Positions 1 through 10,374 of a stretch of DNA of 64,000 bases are shown here, piece after piece. The notes under the pieces were generated by a model, which saw only the letters and a list, made by a program, of their open reading frames with translations, did not search any database and had not been told where the DNA came from. This DNA comes from Myxococcales bacterium. GTDB taxonomy: Bacteria > Myxococcota_A > Polyangia > Polyangiales > DASUME01. The DNA lies in the NCBI GenBank assembly GCA_047601445.1, contig JASGJH010000001.1, forward strand, positions 7,232,001 to 7,296,000, in the 5' to 3' direction. The position numbers and the translations under genes are program-made. The first letter of the stretch is position 1. Each line of letters starts with the position of its first letter.

Positions 1-3000
1 TATTGATAGGGGATCGAGAGCTCCTCGAGACGTCGGCGCACGATCTGCAGGTGGTCCACGAACTGGCTGAACACCAGCGCACGATGACCTTCCTCGCGGA
101 GCTCCTGCACCAGCTCTTCGAAGGCCTCGAGCTTGGAGCCATGGATGTTGGCTTCGGGCATCACCAGCGACGGGTGACAGGCCGCGCGGCGCATGCGCAT
201 CAGCTCGGCCAACATGCGTAGACGCACCTCGCCCGGACGCCCCGGATCGCGCAGGCGTGTGAGGGCCTGCTCGCGCAGCGCCGCATACAGAGCGCGTTCC
301 TCCGGCGATGACGGGATCCGCAAGGTGATTACGGTCTTCTCGGGCAGCTCGGCGAGCACGTCGCTCTTCTTGCGGCGCAGGATGAAGGGATGCACCACGC
401 GCTTGAGGCTGTCCGTCAGGCGGCTGTCGTCATCGCGCTGGATGGGCCGCGCGAAGCGGTGCTCGAAGCTGCGCGACGAGCCCAACAGGCCGGGATTGAG
501 GAAGCTCATGATGCTCCACAGTTCTCCCAGGTGGTTCTCCACGGGCGTGCCCGTGAGCGCAAGCCGCATCTGGGCCCGCAACCGCATCGCCGTCTTGGCG
601 CGCTGCGTGCTCGGGTTTTTGATGGCCTGTGCCTCGTCGAGCACCACCATCGAGAACTCTCGCGTCTCCAGCAGCTCGATGCCCTGTTGCAGCATGCCGT
701 AGCTACAGACCAGCAGATCTTGCGGCCCGAGCTCGCGTACCAGCTTCTCGCGCTCCTCGCCTGCGAAGCGCACCACCCGCATGCCTGGCGCGAAGCGCGC
801 CGTCTCCTCGACCCAGTTCGCGGTGACCGAGGTGGGGGCGACCACCAGCGAGGGGCCACGTTCGGCGTGGGCCACCAACAGGGCCAGCGCCTGCAGCGTC
901 TTGCCGAGACCCATGTCGTCGGCAAGGCACGCGCCCGCGCCGATGTGAGTGAGGCGCGACAACCAGGTGAAGCCCTCGAGCTGATACGGACGCAGATCCG
1001 CAGCCAGCCCTCCGGGCGTCTTCACCACGAGCTTCTCCGCCTCGCGCAGGCGCGCCAGGCTCTGCAGCGCGGCGGGATCCAGCTGCACCTGACCCAGACC
1101 GTCTTCGCCCCAGCGATTGAGCACGCCGAGCGACAGCGGGTGTAGTTCGAGCTGGCCCTGCTTGTGCTGGCTGAGCACGGACAGATCCTCGAGCTCCCGC
1201 TTCAAGCGCTGGGTGAGCGCCAAGAAGCGGCCCTCGCTCAGCGCCAAGAAGCGGCCTTCCGCCTGCGTGATGCCCTCGAGCAGCTGCTTGAGCGACAGCT
1301 TGAGGCTCGGGTCCACCTGAAGTTCGCCCTCGGCCGAGAGCCAATAGGAGGCCTGCTTCAGCTTGAGATGCAGGTCTTTGAGGTCGCGCTCGGCCACCAC
1401 GGACAGCGGCTGCCCTTCGGGCCACTCGACCACGATCTGGTCTTCCAGATGCGCTAGCTCGCCCAGCAATTCCAGGCAGTCCTTGAGCTCTGCCAATTGG
1501 AAGTCGAAGGTCGAGACGCGCGCTTCGCCCGTGGCACCTGGCTGCGCTGCGTGACTCGCGGCGCGCAAGGTCGGGCAAGCATCGGCCAACGCGAAGGCGC
1601 GCTCACGCTCCTGCTCCAGGTTGCGCTGGGTACGCTCGGCGCGCGGACCGGTGGAGCGTACACAGATGGCGACCACTTCGGTGCTGCCCTCTCCCGGCAG
1701 CCACGTGGGGCCACCCGGAATCGGAGCCACGCGCAGGCGGATTCTGAGTCCGGCCTGGGCGCGCACGAGCTGCACGTGAATGCGCGGGTCGCAGGGCACC
1801 TCTGGCACCGGTCCGTCGAGCTTCACGTGGGCTTCCAGCTCGAAGTGGCGCGCGAAGGCATCGCTCAGCGCATACAGGCGGTCGCGCGCTTTGAGCGGCA
1901 ACAACAGGCCACCCGAGCCGCACTGGGAGGCGAGCGCCCATTGCGCGTCGTTGAGCGCGTACACGCGGACGCGGCGGTTGCCGTCGCTCACGCACACCAC
2001 GCGTCGCTCGCCAGCGGCTGCGGGTTGCACCTTGATTCGCACGCCCTCGAGGCTCTCGTGGAGATCGAGGCGTGGCGTGGCCGCTACCACCTCGAGCGGC
2101 ACCGTGGACTCTTCGTTGGCGAACACCCGGGGGTGGCCCACCAGGGCAGCGGCCGCCAGGTCGTCGAGCACGAAGTCCTTGGTACCGCCCGCCACGGCGT
2201 CGGCGTCGGCCTCGCGAACGTGGCGCAGCACGCGCAGATCTTCGGCGCTAATCCAGTCCGAGTTGAGGGCGATCTCTCGGAGGCGCTTCCAGCCGATGGC
2301 CCGCCCCACGCTGTAGCCGGTGGGGGTCAGGCGCTCGATACGCGCGCCGATGGTCGGGCGACCGCGCTTGTCCACCTCGAGCAAGAAGCGCAGGCGCCCC
2401 TTCTCCAGGTCGGGCTCCTGCGCGCTCTGAGTAACGGCGAGTTCGAGGCTCGAGAGCACCTGCTCCCAGGCTTCTTGCTTCATGTAGAGACCGCGAATGC
2501 CCTCGCTGCGGTCGGTGCTCTGGGCGCGCACGAGCTCGGCGGCCAGCCAGCCGAAGCCGTGCTCGCGGGCGCGCTCCTCGCAGGCGGCGAGTCCCACGCC
2601 AAACCCCTTGGGCGGGGTTGCGCCGGTGGAGGTCGAGACGAAGGACCACAGCAGCACGCGCTGCCACGCGGCCTCCGACTCGCTGAACTCATCGTATGCC
2701 TCGCCGCGTGGTGGCGGCAGCGCCCCCTTCTTGAGCCACACCGAGAGCAGGCGCAGGATGGCGTAGCTCGCCGCGTGGCCGAACAACTCCGGTCGGCGCT
2801 CGGCGGCTTCGAGCTGCGCTTCGGCCTGAGCCAGGCTCTGGGTGTCGCGCGCGGTGAGCAACAACAACGCGAGCCACGGGCCTGCGTGTCCCGGAATGCC
2901 ACCCTTGCGACGGGCGTTGACGCCCCTGGAGAGCTCGAAGGCATCGCGCGCCAGGCTGCGCGCTTGCTCGCGCCCATTCGCCTGGGTCAACGCCCAGAAC

Positions 3001-3782
3001 GCGCGCGTGGCAAAGGTGTCGGCGTCGCCGCGCCGCACGAGCTCCTCTTGCAGGCTGGGGTTCGCGCACAGGGCGTCGTAGAAGCCGAGTGCCGAGAGCA
3101 ACGGAGAGGACAGCTCGCCTGCATGCTGACGCAGCTCCTGCGCCAGCTCCTCGCCGAGCGGCGAGAGCGTATCGAGTGCTTCCTCGATGGCGCGCAGCGC
3201 GTAGGCATCGCGCTCTTCGGGCAGCAAACCACGCACGGCCTGCACGGGCGGACTCACGCCCAGGGCATCGAACAAGAGATGGGCGGGCTCCTCGGCGCGA
3301 CTCTCGCTCGCCTGCAAGTCCCGCAACGCGGCGCGCGCTCCTTCGCCGTCTCCCACGTGGGCCGAGAGCAACACGTCTCGAACCAGACGCGAGCGATGCA
3401 GCCAGCGTGTCTCGGGGTCTACCCTGGGAGCGCGCCGCATCACCAGTGTCATGGCGGCCGAGAGCTGCTTGCTCTCCTGCAGCACGCTGAGCGCCGTATG
3501 CGCGAGCTCGCTGCTCACGGTGAACTTGGGTGCATGCAGCGAACCCAGCGCCTGGATCACGCCACGGTCGCGCAGCGCATTGAGCGTCTCCGCGAGCTCC
3601 TCTGCGTCGAGCGCGGGCGGCTTCGTGCGAGCCGCAGACGCAGGCCGCGCAGGCAATAGCTTGAGCCACTCGAGCAGCGCCTTTTCGCCCGCGGGCTCAT
3701 GCACCACGGCGAGCGCTGCTACCACGCGCTGCTCACGAACTGAGAGAGATTCGAACAAGGCCACTTCCAGGCGCGAAACCAC
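1..3782 (-). CDS. SNF2/RAD54-family DEAD/H helicase, 3' end beyond left edge
   Basis: Minus frame read manually at both ends and the motifs (absent from the ORF track, presumably because its stop lies outside the window): GACLADDMGLGKT near 900-935, VVLDEAQAIKN, TGTPVENHLGELW, ALVFSQFVDHL near 50-85. Long N-terminal extension; GTG 3782 start approximate. Confidence 0.9.
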   Translation of the reverse strand, partial: MVSRLEVALFESLSVREQRVVAALAVVHEPAGEKALLEWLKLLPARPASAARTKPPALDAEELAETLNALRDRGVIQALGSLHAPKFTVSSELAHTALSVLQESKQLSAAMTLVMRRAPRVDPETRWLHRSRLVRDVLLSAHVGDGEGARAALRDLQASESRAEEPAHLLFDALGVSPPVQAVRGLLPEERDAYALRAIEEALDTLSPLGEELAQELRQHAGELSSPLLSALGFYDALCANPSLQEELVRRGDADTFATRAFWALTQANGREQARSLARDAFELSRGVNARRKGGIPGHAGPWLALLLLTARDTQSLAQAEAQLEAAERRPELFGHAASYAILRLLSVWLKKGALPPPRGEAYDEFSESEAAWQRVLLWSFVSTSTGATPPKGFGVGLAACEERAREHGFGWLAAELVRAQSTDRSEGIRGLYMKQEAWEQVLSSLELAVTQSAQEPDLEKGRLRFLLEVDKRGRPTIGARIERLTPTGYSVGRAIGWKRLREIALNSDWISAEDLRVLRHVREADADAVAGGTKDFVLDDLAAAALVGHPRVFANEESTVPLEVVAATPRLDLHESLEGVRIKVQPAAAGERRVVCVSDGNRRVRVYALNDAQWALASQCGSGGLLLPLKARDRLYALSDAFARHFELEAHVKLDGPVPEVPCDPRIHVQLVRAQAGLRIRLRVAPIPGGPTWLPGEGSTEVVAICVRSTGPRAERTQRNLEQERERAFALADACPTLRAASHAAQPGATGEARVSTFDFQLAELKDCLELLGELAHLEDQIVVEWPEGQPLSVVAERDLKDLHLKLKQASYWLSAEGELQVDPSLKLSLKQLLEGITQAEGRFLALSEGRFLALTQRLKRELEDLSVLSQHKQGQLELHPLSLGVLNRWGEDGLGQVQLDPAALQSLARLREAEKLVVKTPGGLAADLRPYQLEGFTWLSRLTHIGAGACLADDMGLGKTLQALALLVAHAERGPSLVVAPTSVTANWVEETARFAPGMRVVRFAGEEREKLVRELGPQDLLVCSYGMLQQGIELLETREFSMVVLDEAQAIKNPSTQRAKTAMRLRAQMRLALTGTPVENHLGELWSIMSFLNPGLLGSSRSFEHRFARPIQRDDDSRLTDSLKRVVHPFILRRKKSDVLAELPEKTVITLRIPSSPEERALYAALREQALTRLRDPGRPGEVRLRMLAELMRMRRAACHPSLVMPEANIHGSKLEAFEELVQELREEGHRALVFSQFVDHLQIVRRRLEELSIPYQ

Positions 3783-3862
3783 CCGGATCCTTAGCACCCT
3801 CGTGGGACTTGGGCTCGTGAGCACGCGTCGTTCCGCCACCAAAGCCGACGATCGGCGCAGTG

Positions 3863-3906
3863 GTGAGCGGAGCGAACCTCGCGGTGGGGTGGCCCCGGCG
3901 CGGCTT
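3863..3906 (+). repeat. Dispersed ~80-bp element, copy A (5' half only)
   Basis: GTGAGCGGAGCGAACCTCGCGGTGGGGTGG-CCCCGGCGCGGCTT matches the 5' half of copies B-G. Confidence 0.8.
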
Positions 3907-3922
3907 CCTCAGTGAAAAAAGC

Positions 3923-4573
3923 TCACAGCCAGTAGGAGGCTCCCAGCATGAACAGCACCGAGAGCTGGCGAAACTTGGGGTCGTCGGGTGCATCCTCGGC
4001 GTCGTCGTCCTTGATGAACGCACCCCGGAAGAAGACGGTCGCGTCCAGGCTCGCGTGCGGTGTGATGAAGCCGTGGCCACCGATGCCGACGATGGGCCCC
4101 ACGCCGATGGCGCTGTCGGTCCAGAAGGACTGCCAGGGGCGCAGGACCGAGAACCCAGCGATCGCGTGCACCACGAAGCGCGAGTCCGCGTTGAACGGGA
4201 TCTCGAGGTAGGGCCTGACCTCCCACGCGGTGGCCGAGCCCGTGTTCTGCACGCCGTTGCCGTTGGGACCTTCGATCTCGGTCTTGGTCTTTCTGTGCTG
4301 AACCGAGAAGTAGAACCCGGGCACGATGTAGCGGTTCACTACGTAGGCGAGTCCCACTCCGCCCGAGCCGAGCAAACTCACGTTGGTGGTGTTGGCGTGC
4401 GACTTGGTGTCGGGGTCCTCGCCCTTGCGGCGATCCGAGGTGAAGGTCACGAAGCCGCTATCCAGGTACAGCCGTAGGTCGCCCGAGTGGATTTGGGCAT
4501 GGCCCGTGGAGCTCGTGGCAGCGAGCATGAGTCCGGCCAAGCACAAGAGCCAAAGCGATCGCAGCATGGTCAC
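3923..4573 (-). CDS. Small outer-membrane beta-barrel protein
   Basis: Signal peptide ending GHA-Q, alternating amphipathic strands, C-terminal LFMLGASYWL. Confidence 0.7.
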   Translation of the reverse strand: MTMLRSLWLLCLAGLMLAATSSTGHAQIHSGDLRLYLDSGFVTFTSDRRKGEDPDTKSHANTTNVSLLGSGGVGLAYVVNRYIVPGFYFSVQHRKTKTEIEGPNGNGVQNTGSATAWEVRPYLEIPFNADSRFVVHAIAGFSVLRPWQSFWTDSAIGVGPIVGIGGHGFITPHASLDATVFFRGAFIKDDDAEDAPDDPKFRQLSVLFMLGASYWL

Positions 4574-4711
4574 CCCTCTCCTCTGTGATGCGGCTCCCAG
4601 ATGGGAACCTAACGGGGGGACCGTTATAGCAGCGGGTTGTGGAGTCGCGTGCTTCTCTGTGCGAACTGGGTTAGCTCGCTGCCACTCTCGACGCGGCGCG
4701 CGGGTAGAATT

Positions 4712-4787
4712 AAAAGCGGAAGCTCTTGGAGCCGACGCTACCCACCTCTCCCCAGGTGAGCCGCATCATGGGGCTCCGAGCTTCCGC
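4712..4787. ncRNA. Long intergenic hairpin (candidate sRNA or terminator/attenuator)
   Basis: GCGGAAGCTC/GAGCTTCCGC, GGAGCC/GGCTCC and CACCT/AGGTG nested stems, loop CTCCCC; U-tract follows on the minus strand. Confidence 0.4.
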
Positions 4788-4989
4788 AAAGCACTCTGAC
4801 ATTCCCTTATGCGCTGCGCCAGCCCATGCCCCTACCTTCTTTCCGCCGCACTGCTCTTCGCCACAATTGGGCCAGCGCTCGCACTGGCAGGTACCTGGAA
4901 GAGTCGGTGGTTTCGGTGGGCTGTGCGGTCGATCCCGAGTATTGATATGCGTTCAACCAGGTGACGGTACGAGATTGGCTACATTTCCA

Positions 4990-5652
4990 GTGAGTTACGA
5001 GTTCTCGCTCTCCAGTTTGGTGTTGGGCTCTCCACTGCGTCGACGAAGCCCGCCGCTATGCCCCGAGCTCGAGTTGTGGCTGCTCGGTGACGACATCGAT
5101 CTCAATGCGCGCGTGAGTGAGCTGTTCACGATCGAGCGCGCACCCTACTGGGCCTTCTGCTGGGGCAGTGGACAGGCGCTCGCGCGCTACTTACTCGATC
5201 GACCCGAGCTCGTGCGTGGTCGGGTCGTGGCTGACTTCGGGGCGGGTTCGGGTGTGGCAGCTTTGGCGGCACTGCGCGCTGGCGCCACACGTGCGGTGGC
5301 GGTGGACATCGATCCGTGTGCCCTGGCCGCGGCGCGGGCCAACGCCGAGTTGAATGGGCTCTTTCTGGAGCTGGCCGAGCAGCTGCCAGCGGAGTTCGAC
5401 GTGCTACTGGCGAGCGATGTGCTGTACGAGCTCGGAAATCGCGACTTCCTGTGCTCCGTGAGTGCGGCGGGCAAGCACGTTATCGTCAGCGATCCCTTGC
5501 GGGCGGGCAATCCGCGCCTGGCGCTGGAGCCGCGCGCGCGCTTCGACGTGTGCACCCTGCCCGACGTCGACTATCCGTGCTCGAGCTCGGTGGTCTACGA
5601 GCTCCCGCCGTATGCCTTCGGGGCCGAGGGCATCAAGCAGATCGATGGCTGA
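4990..5652 (+). CDS. Class I SAM-dependent protein methyltransferase (METTL20/ETF-beta KMT-like)
   Basis: PYWAFCWGSGQALARY, DFGAGSG, VDIDP, LASDVLY motifs; GTG 4990 start. Confidence 0.85.
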   Translation: MSYEFSLSSLVLGSPLRRRSPPLCPELELWLLGDDIDLNARVSELFTIERAPYWAFCWGSGQALARYLLDRPELVRGRVVADFGAGSGVAALAALRAGATRAVAVDIDPCALAAARANAELNGLFLELAEQLPAEFDVLLASDVLYELGNRDFLCSVSAAGKHVIVSDPLRAGNPRLALEPRARFDVCTLPDVDYPCSSSVVYELPPYAFGAEGIKQIDG

Positions 5653-7201
5653 GGATCTTGGCCAGGTTCTCGGACAGCGGCCTTTCGGTGTCGACCTGGC
5701 AGTGCTCCAACCTGGATAGCTCGCTCAAGGGCTCGAAACTGGCCTCGAAGTTCGCCGCGATTTCTGCGCGGCCGTCGCTGATGCTGGGGCCTTGCTTGCG
5801 CCGCGCGAAGCGGGCCTGGGTTTCCTCGGGCGAGCAGCTGCACTCCACGAACAGCGCGGGTACTCCGTGACGCTGGGCGAGGTTCAAGGCGCGCTGGCGC
5901 AGCGCCCGTGAGCGGAAGCTGGCGTCGAGGACCACGCTACGGCCGCTCGCGAGCACGTGGTCGGCGCGCGAAAGCAGCTCGTCGTACACCCGCTCGCTGG
6001 TGCTCGCGTCGTAGGCGCCGGCGAACGGGGCCGCGTGCAGCGGCTGGGTCAGCGGCACGCCCAGGAGCTCCTTGCGTACGCGATCGGCCGTGAGCACGGG
6101 CAGCGCGCGCGCCTCGCCGAGGGCCTGCGCTAGCGTGCTCTTGCCCGAGGCCATCCCGCCGGCCATCGCAACCACGCAGGGCGCGTCGAGGGGAGCGCAA
6201 CCCGCCGAGAGCGCGAGCAGGTAATAGCGGCGTGCTTCGGAGGCGGCGCGCGTGCTGGTGGCGCTGCTCACGTAGGGATCGCTGGCCAACATGGAGGTGA
6301 CCTTGGCTCGCACCAGTGCGCGATAGCTGACGTAGAAGTCGAGCAAGCGATAGAGGGCGTAGTCACCGGACTCGAGGGCGTAGCGGAGCACTAGCCGCTC
6401 GGCGAGATCACGACGTTGATGGTAGTCGAGGTCCATGACCAGGAAAGCCAAGTCGGAGCACACGTCGGCGTAGCGAAAGCGTTCGTTGAACTCGATGCAG
6501 TCGATGGCGATGAAGGAGCCGTCCGGCTGGCGATACAGGTGCTCGAGCCGCAGGTCGCCGTGACCGTCCCGAATGCGGCCCTGGGCACAGCGCTGCTCGA
6601 GGAGCACCGTGTGTCGCGCCAAAAAACGCCGCTGGAAGCTCGACAACTGCGCGGTCTCGTCGCGGCTCAAGTAGTTGGCCACGCTGCGCTCGATCTGGTG
6701 AAAATTCTCTTCCACGTTGGTGGCGATGCTGGCCGGTCGGCCAAACTCCGTGGTGTGCGCGTCGCAGCGGGCGCCGCGGTGGAAGTTCACCAGCATGGTG
6801 GCGATACGGTCGACGTCGGCCTCGCTGAGCTCGTCGCGCAGAAGTAGGGTGTCGGCGCGGGCGCTGTCGGGGAGGCGGCGCATGTGCACCAACCACTCGT
6901 GCTCTCGATTGGGGGCACTGGACGTGATCGCGCTCAAGCGCGGCGCACCGTCTTCGCCTTCAGAGAGGCACTGCACGCCCAGGTACACGTCGGGCGCGAG
7001 CCGGCGGTTGAGCTCCACTTCGGCTTCACAAGCTCGTTTGCGGGCCTCCAAACTGGTGAAGTCGACGAACCCCAAATCGACCGGGCGCTTGAGCTTGTAC
7101 ACGTCGCGTTCGCCGAGAAACACCCGCGAAAGGTGGGTCTCGATGCACTCGAACCCGCGCTCTTGGAGGTGCTGCTCGAAGCTCGTAAGGATCGTCTCCA
7201 T
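5633..7201 (-). CDS. APH-like kinase fused to P-loop (AAA_33/gluconate kinase-like) domain, COG2187+COG0645 type
   Basis: ETHLS, YKLKRPV, HGDLRLEH, IDCIEFN; C-terminal GGMASGKST and VVLDASF. Confidence 0.9.
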   Translation of the reverse strand: METILTSFEQHLQERGFECIETHLSRVFLGERDVYKLKRPVDLGFVDFTSLEARKRACEAEVELNRRLAPDVYLGVQCLSEGEDGAPRLSAITSSAPNREHEWLVHMRRLPDSARADTLLLRDELSEADVDRIATMLVNFHRGARCDAHTTEFGRPASIATNVEENFHQIERSVANYLSRDETAQLSSFQRRFLARHTVLLEQRCAQGRIRDGHGDLRLEHLYRQPDGSFIAIDCIEFNERFRYADVCSDLAFLVMDLDYHQRRDLAERLVLRYALESGDYALYRLLDFYVSYRALVRAKVTSMLASDPYVSSATSTRAASEARRYYLLALSAGCAPLDAPCVVAMAGGMASGKSTLAQALGEARALPVLTADRVRKELLGVPLTQPLHAAPFAGAYDASTSERVYDELLSRADHVLASGRSVVLDASFRSRALRQRALNLAQRHGVPALFVECSCSPEETQARFARRKQGPSISDGRAEIAANFEASFEPLSELSRLEHCQVDTERPLSENLAKILSHRSA

Positions 7202-7326
7202 CCTGGGTACGTGGGCCTCTCGCGTCGGTCAGCAAGTCTCAATTACGCAACTTCGAGCTCGATCTTCCACGAAATCGAACGCAGAGGGGCCCGCGCCCGC
7301 GCGATTTTTCCCGCTATCTTGAAGGT

Positions 7327-8769
7327 ATGGCGGAGAGCATTTCGGCGTGGTGGCCGAAAGTCGGCAGCTTGGTGAGCTTGCTGATGGCGCTCTCGGCCTC
7401 GGTGCATGTGGTACTTCATAAGCGCGACGTTCGTTCAGCCGCAGGCTGGTTCGGGCTCGTGTGGTTGGCCCCGGTGGTGGGGCCGATCCTGTACTTCCTG
7501 CTCGGCATCAATCGCGTGAGGCGACGCGCGGTGGCATTGCGACGCGGCGCCATGCGGCAGCTCGCGAGCAACCTGGCGCAGACCGCAGAGGCTCCCGCGT
7601 TACATGGGCTGGTGTCGGGACACCTGGCCGAGCTCTCGAGCGCCATCCATCGCGTCACCGAGCGCCCTCTCTATCGGGGCAACCACGTCCAGCCACTGTG
7701 GGACGGCGACAGCGCCTATCCCGCGATGTTGGCGGCCATCGACGCGGCCGAGCGCTCGGTGGCCCTGTGCACGTACATCTTCGAGGCGCACGGGATTGGG
7801 CGCACCTTCATCGATGCGCTGGCGCGGGCCCAGGCGCGCGGGGTGGAGGTGCGTGTGTTGATCGACGATGTCGGCGCCCGCTACGGCCTCCCGCGCCCCA
7901 ATCGCGCGCTGCGCAAGCTGGGCGTGCGCACGGCGTTGTTCATGCCTGCCCTGCCGGTCTGGCGCGCGGCCTACCTCAACTTGCGCAACCACCGCAAGAT
8001 CCTGGTGGTGGATGGCAAGGTCGGCTTCACGGGGGGCACCAACATCCGCGAGTGCAACATGCTCAGCCACGCTCCACGCCACCCGGCGCGCGATCTGCAT
8101 TTCCGGCTCGAGGGACCGGTGGTGGCGCAGCTGCAGGAAGTGTTCGTCGAGGACTGGGAGTACACCACGGGTGAGTCTCTCGACGGCGATGCCTGGTTTC
8201 CAGAGCTCACGCCGCGCGGGGCCGCCCTGGCACGCAGCATCGCCGATGGCCCCGACGACGACATCGACAAGTTCACCTGGACCCTGCACGCGGCCTTGGC
8301 CTGTGCCAGCAAGTCCGTGACCATCGTGACGCCCTACTTTTTGCCGGACACCGCGCTCACCACCGCGCTCAGTACGGCAGCCCTACGCGGGGTCGCGGTC
8401 AACGTCGTGTTGCCCGAGCGCAGCAACCTGACCCTGATCCAGTGGGCGATGACTCGGCAGCTGGAGGAAGTGCTGGGACACGGCGTACGGGTCTGGCTCA
8501 CGCCACCGCCCTTCGAGCACACCAAGCTGATGGTGGTCGACGAGGAGTGGGTGCTGTTCGGTTCGGCCAACTGGGACGCGCGCAGTTTGCGGCTGAACTT
8601 CGAGCTCGGCGTGGAGTGCTACGACCACGAGCTGGCGCTCTCGTTGCTCGAGGAGGTGCATCGGCGCCGCTTGCGCGCACGCGAGCTCTCGCCGGAGGAG
8701 CTGCTCTCGAGGCCCTATGGCCTGCGGATACGCGACGGCTTCGTGCGCCTGCTGATGCCTTACCTCTAA
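7327..8769 (+). CDS. cls: Cardiolipin synthase (PLD family)
   Basis: Two N-terminal TMs and two HKD motifs (NHRKILVVD, HTKLMVVD), GSANWDARSLRLNFE. Confidence 0.9.
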   Translation: MAESISAWWPKVGSLVSLLMALSASVHVVLHKRDVRSAAGWFGLVWLAPVVGPILYFLLGINRVRRRAVALRRGAMRQLASNLAQTAEAPALHGLVSGHLAELSSAIHRVTERPLYRGNHVQPLWDGDSAYPAMLAAIDAAERSVALCTYIFEAHGIGRTFIDALARAQARGVEVRVLIDDVGARYGLPRPNRALRKLGVRTALFMPALPVWRAAYLNLRNHRKILVVDGKVGFTGGTNIRECNMLSHAPRHPARDLHFRLEGPVVAQLQEVFVEDWEYTTGESLDGDAWFPELTPRGAALARSIADGPDDDIDKFTWTLHAALACASKSVTIVTPYFLPDTALTTALSTAALRGVAVNVVLPERSNLTLIQWAMTRQLEEVLGHGVRVWLTPPPFEHTKLMVVDEEWVLFGSANWDARSLRLNFELGVECYDHELALSLLEEVHRRRLRARELSPEELLSRPYGLRIRDGFVRLLMPYL

Positions 8770-8921
8770 GCGCGAACGACGTGGCGATGTCGTTGCGCGC
8801 ACGGGCGAATCCGTGCCTCGTCGTGCGTAAGCTGTCACGTCGCGGAAAAAACCGGTCCAACTTACGACACTTTCTCGTCGGTGAACCTTGTACGGCCCGC
8901 CGCCCGGAGGAAGCTTTCAAA

Positions 8922-10208
8922 ATGGTCCAGAGTACGACTATCGACCGCTTCACGCGGCCCGCCGCTGAGCCGGCTCGTGCGTCCATCATGTTGATTGAGG
9001 ACAACACGGGCTTGCGCGATTCACTGGGCGACTTTCTCGAGGAGGGTGGTTACGAGGTCGACAAATGTGTCGATCTGCACGAGGCGCTGGTGCTGCTGGA
9101 GCTCGGCTATACACCGGACCTGATGGTGGTCGACGACGCCGGCATCGAGGGCGATGGTTGGCTCGCAAGGCTGCGCAGCGTGCGCGATGCAAGGGCTGCG
9201 CGGGTGCCACTCGTAACGCTATCCAATACGGGGCTCGCCGTGAGCGGCCGCGGCAGCGAGGTGGACGCCGCGCTACCCAAGCCGGTGCATCCGGAGCTCT
9301 TGCTTCAGACGGTGGCGCAGCTCCTGGCCGCGGCCGAAGAAGATCGGATCTCGGGACGCGCGCTCGAGCTGCAGCGTCTGACTGCCCTGGGCGGCATCTC
9401 GGCCGGACTGGCCAACGAGCTGAATAACCCTGTGTCCTTCGTGGTCGGACATCTCGAGCTCGCGCGCAAGAAGTGCCACGAGCTGGCCGGCCTTCTAGGG
9501 GAGCGGGAGCTCTCCCTTCTACACGAGGTAGAACGTTTGATTCATCACGGACTGCGCGGGGCAAGTCGCGTGGGCGACGTGGTCCAGAGCGCAGCTGGCA
9601 TACCGCGTGCCGAAACGGGTCGCGGGGGAGCCATCGACTTGGACTACGATGGCGGTCAGAATGGCGAATCGGCGGCAGGGTTCGGAGCCAGGACCTTCGG
9701 CCGAGAAGGGCGCGTGCGTTACGAGCCTGGGGAGTTGCGAGGTGCATCCGTGGCGAGCGAGCGCGATAGCCGAAGTCTTGTGAATGCATCCCAGGAGGCC
9801 CCGGCCGCTCCGCGGTCGCGCATCCTGGTGATCGACGACGAAGCCCTGATGTGCGAGCTGCTCGCGACGATGCTGTCCGAAGACTACGACGTCCAGGCTC
9901 TGGCCAACGCCCGGGAAGCGCTGAACCGGATCTCGGGTGGCGAGACCTACGACTTGATCCTGTGCGACCTGATGATGCCCGAGCTCACCGGCATGGACCT
10001 CTGGGCCGAGCTCTCGCGGAGCCGGCCGGATCAAGCTTCTCGCATGGTGTTCATGACGGGCGGAACATTCACTGATCGCGCCCAGCAGTTCTTGGCCGAG
10101 CACGGGCGCGTCCAGCTACAGAAACCTTTCCGTCACGATGAACTTTTGTCTCTCGTGCACGATCAGCTGGAGACCCACGAACGCGCGGCGAAGAGCAACC
10201 TGCACTGA
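8922..10208 (+). CDS. REC - degenerate HisKA - REC signalling protein (pseudo-histidine kinase)
   Basis: GGAGG at 8906-8910; N-terminal REC; H-box reads ANELNNP; no intact HATPase; intact C-terminal REC (IDDE, CDLMMP, MTG, KPF). Confidence 0.8.
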   Translation: MVQSTTIDRFTRPAAEPARASIMLIEDNTGLRDSLGDFLEEGGYEVDKCVDLHEALVLLELGYTPDLMVVDDAGIEGDGWLARLRSVRDARAARVPLVTLSNTGLAVSGRGSEVDAALPKPVHPELLLQTVAQLLAAAEEDRISGRALELQRLTALGGISAGLANELNNPVSFVVGHLELARKKCHELAGLLGERELSLLHEVERLIHHGLRGASRVGDVVQSAAGIPRAETGRGGAIDLDYDGGQNGESAAGFGARTFGREGRVRYEPGELRGASVASERDSRSLVNASQEAPAAPRSRILVIDDEALMCELLATMLSEDYDVQALANAREALNRISGGETYDLILCDLMMPELTGMDLWAELSRSRPDQASRMVFMTGGTFTDRAQQFLAEHGRVQLQKPFRHDELLSLVHDQLETHERAAKSNLH

Positions 10209-10374
10209 ATTCGCCCGCCATACATTTGATCTCGCAGCCGCCTGCGGATATGCCTGCTCCGCCCGTGTCAAAGCGGGCGTAATGCGCAGGTTCGCGTGGT
10301 AGTAGCGAGAGCGGTGGCAACTTGCGACCGCGAGGGCTGTCTCCCGGTGCGATCTGCGCTCGGAGAGGCTTCTC

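Noticed and set aside
1497..3659. 720-aa plus-strand ORF
   Set aside because: Antisense shadow of the SNF2 helicase gene; no motifs.
1..3782. SNF2 helicase as part of a defence system
   Set aside because: No DNA methylase, nuclease or other defence gene is visible upstream; downstream context is outside the window, so this cannot be supported.
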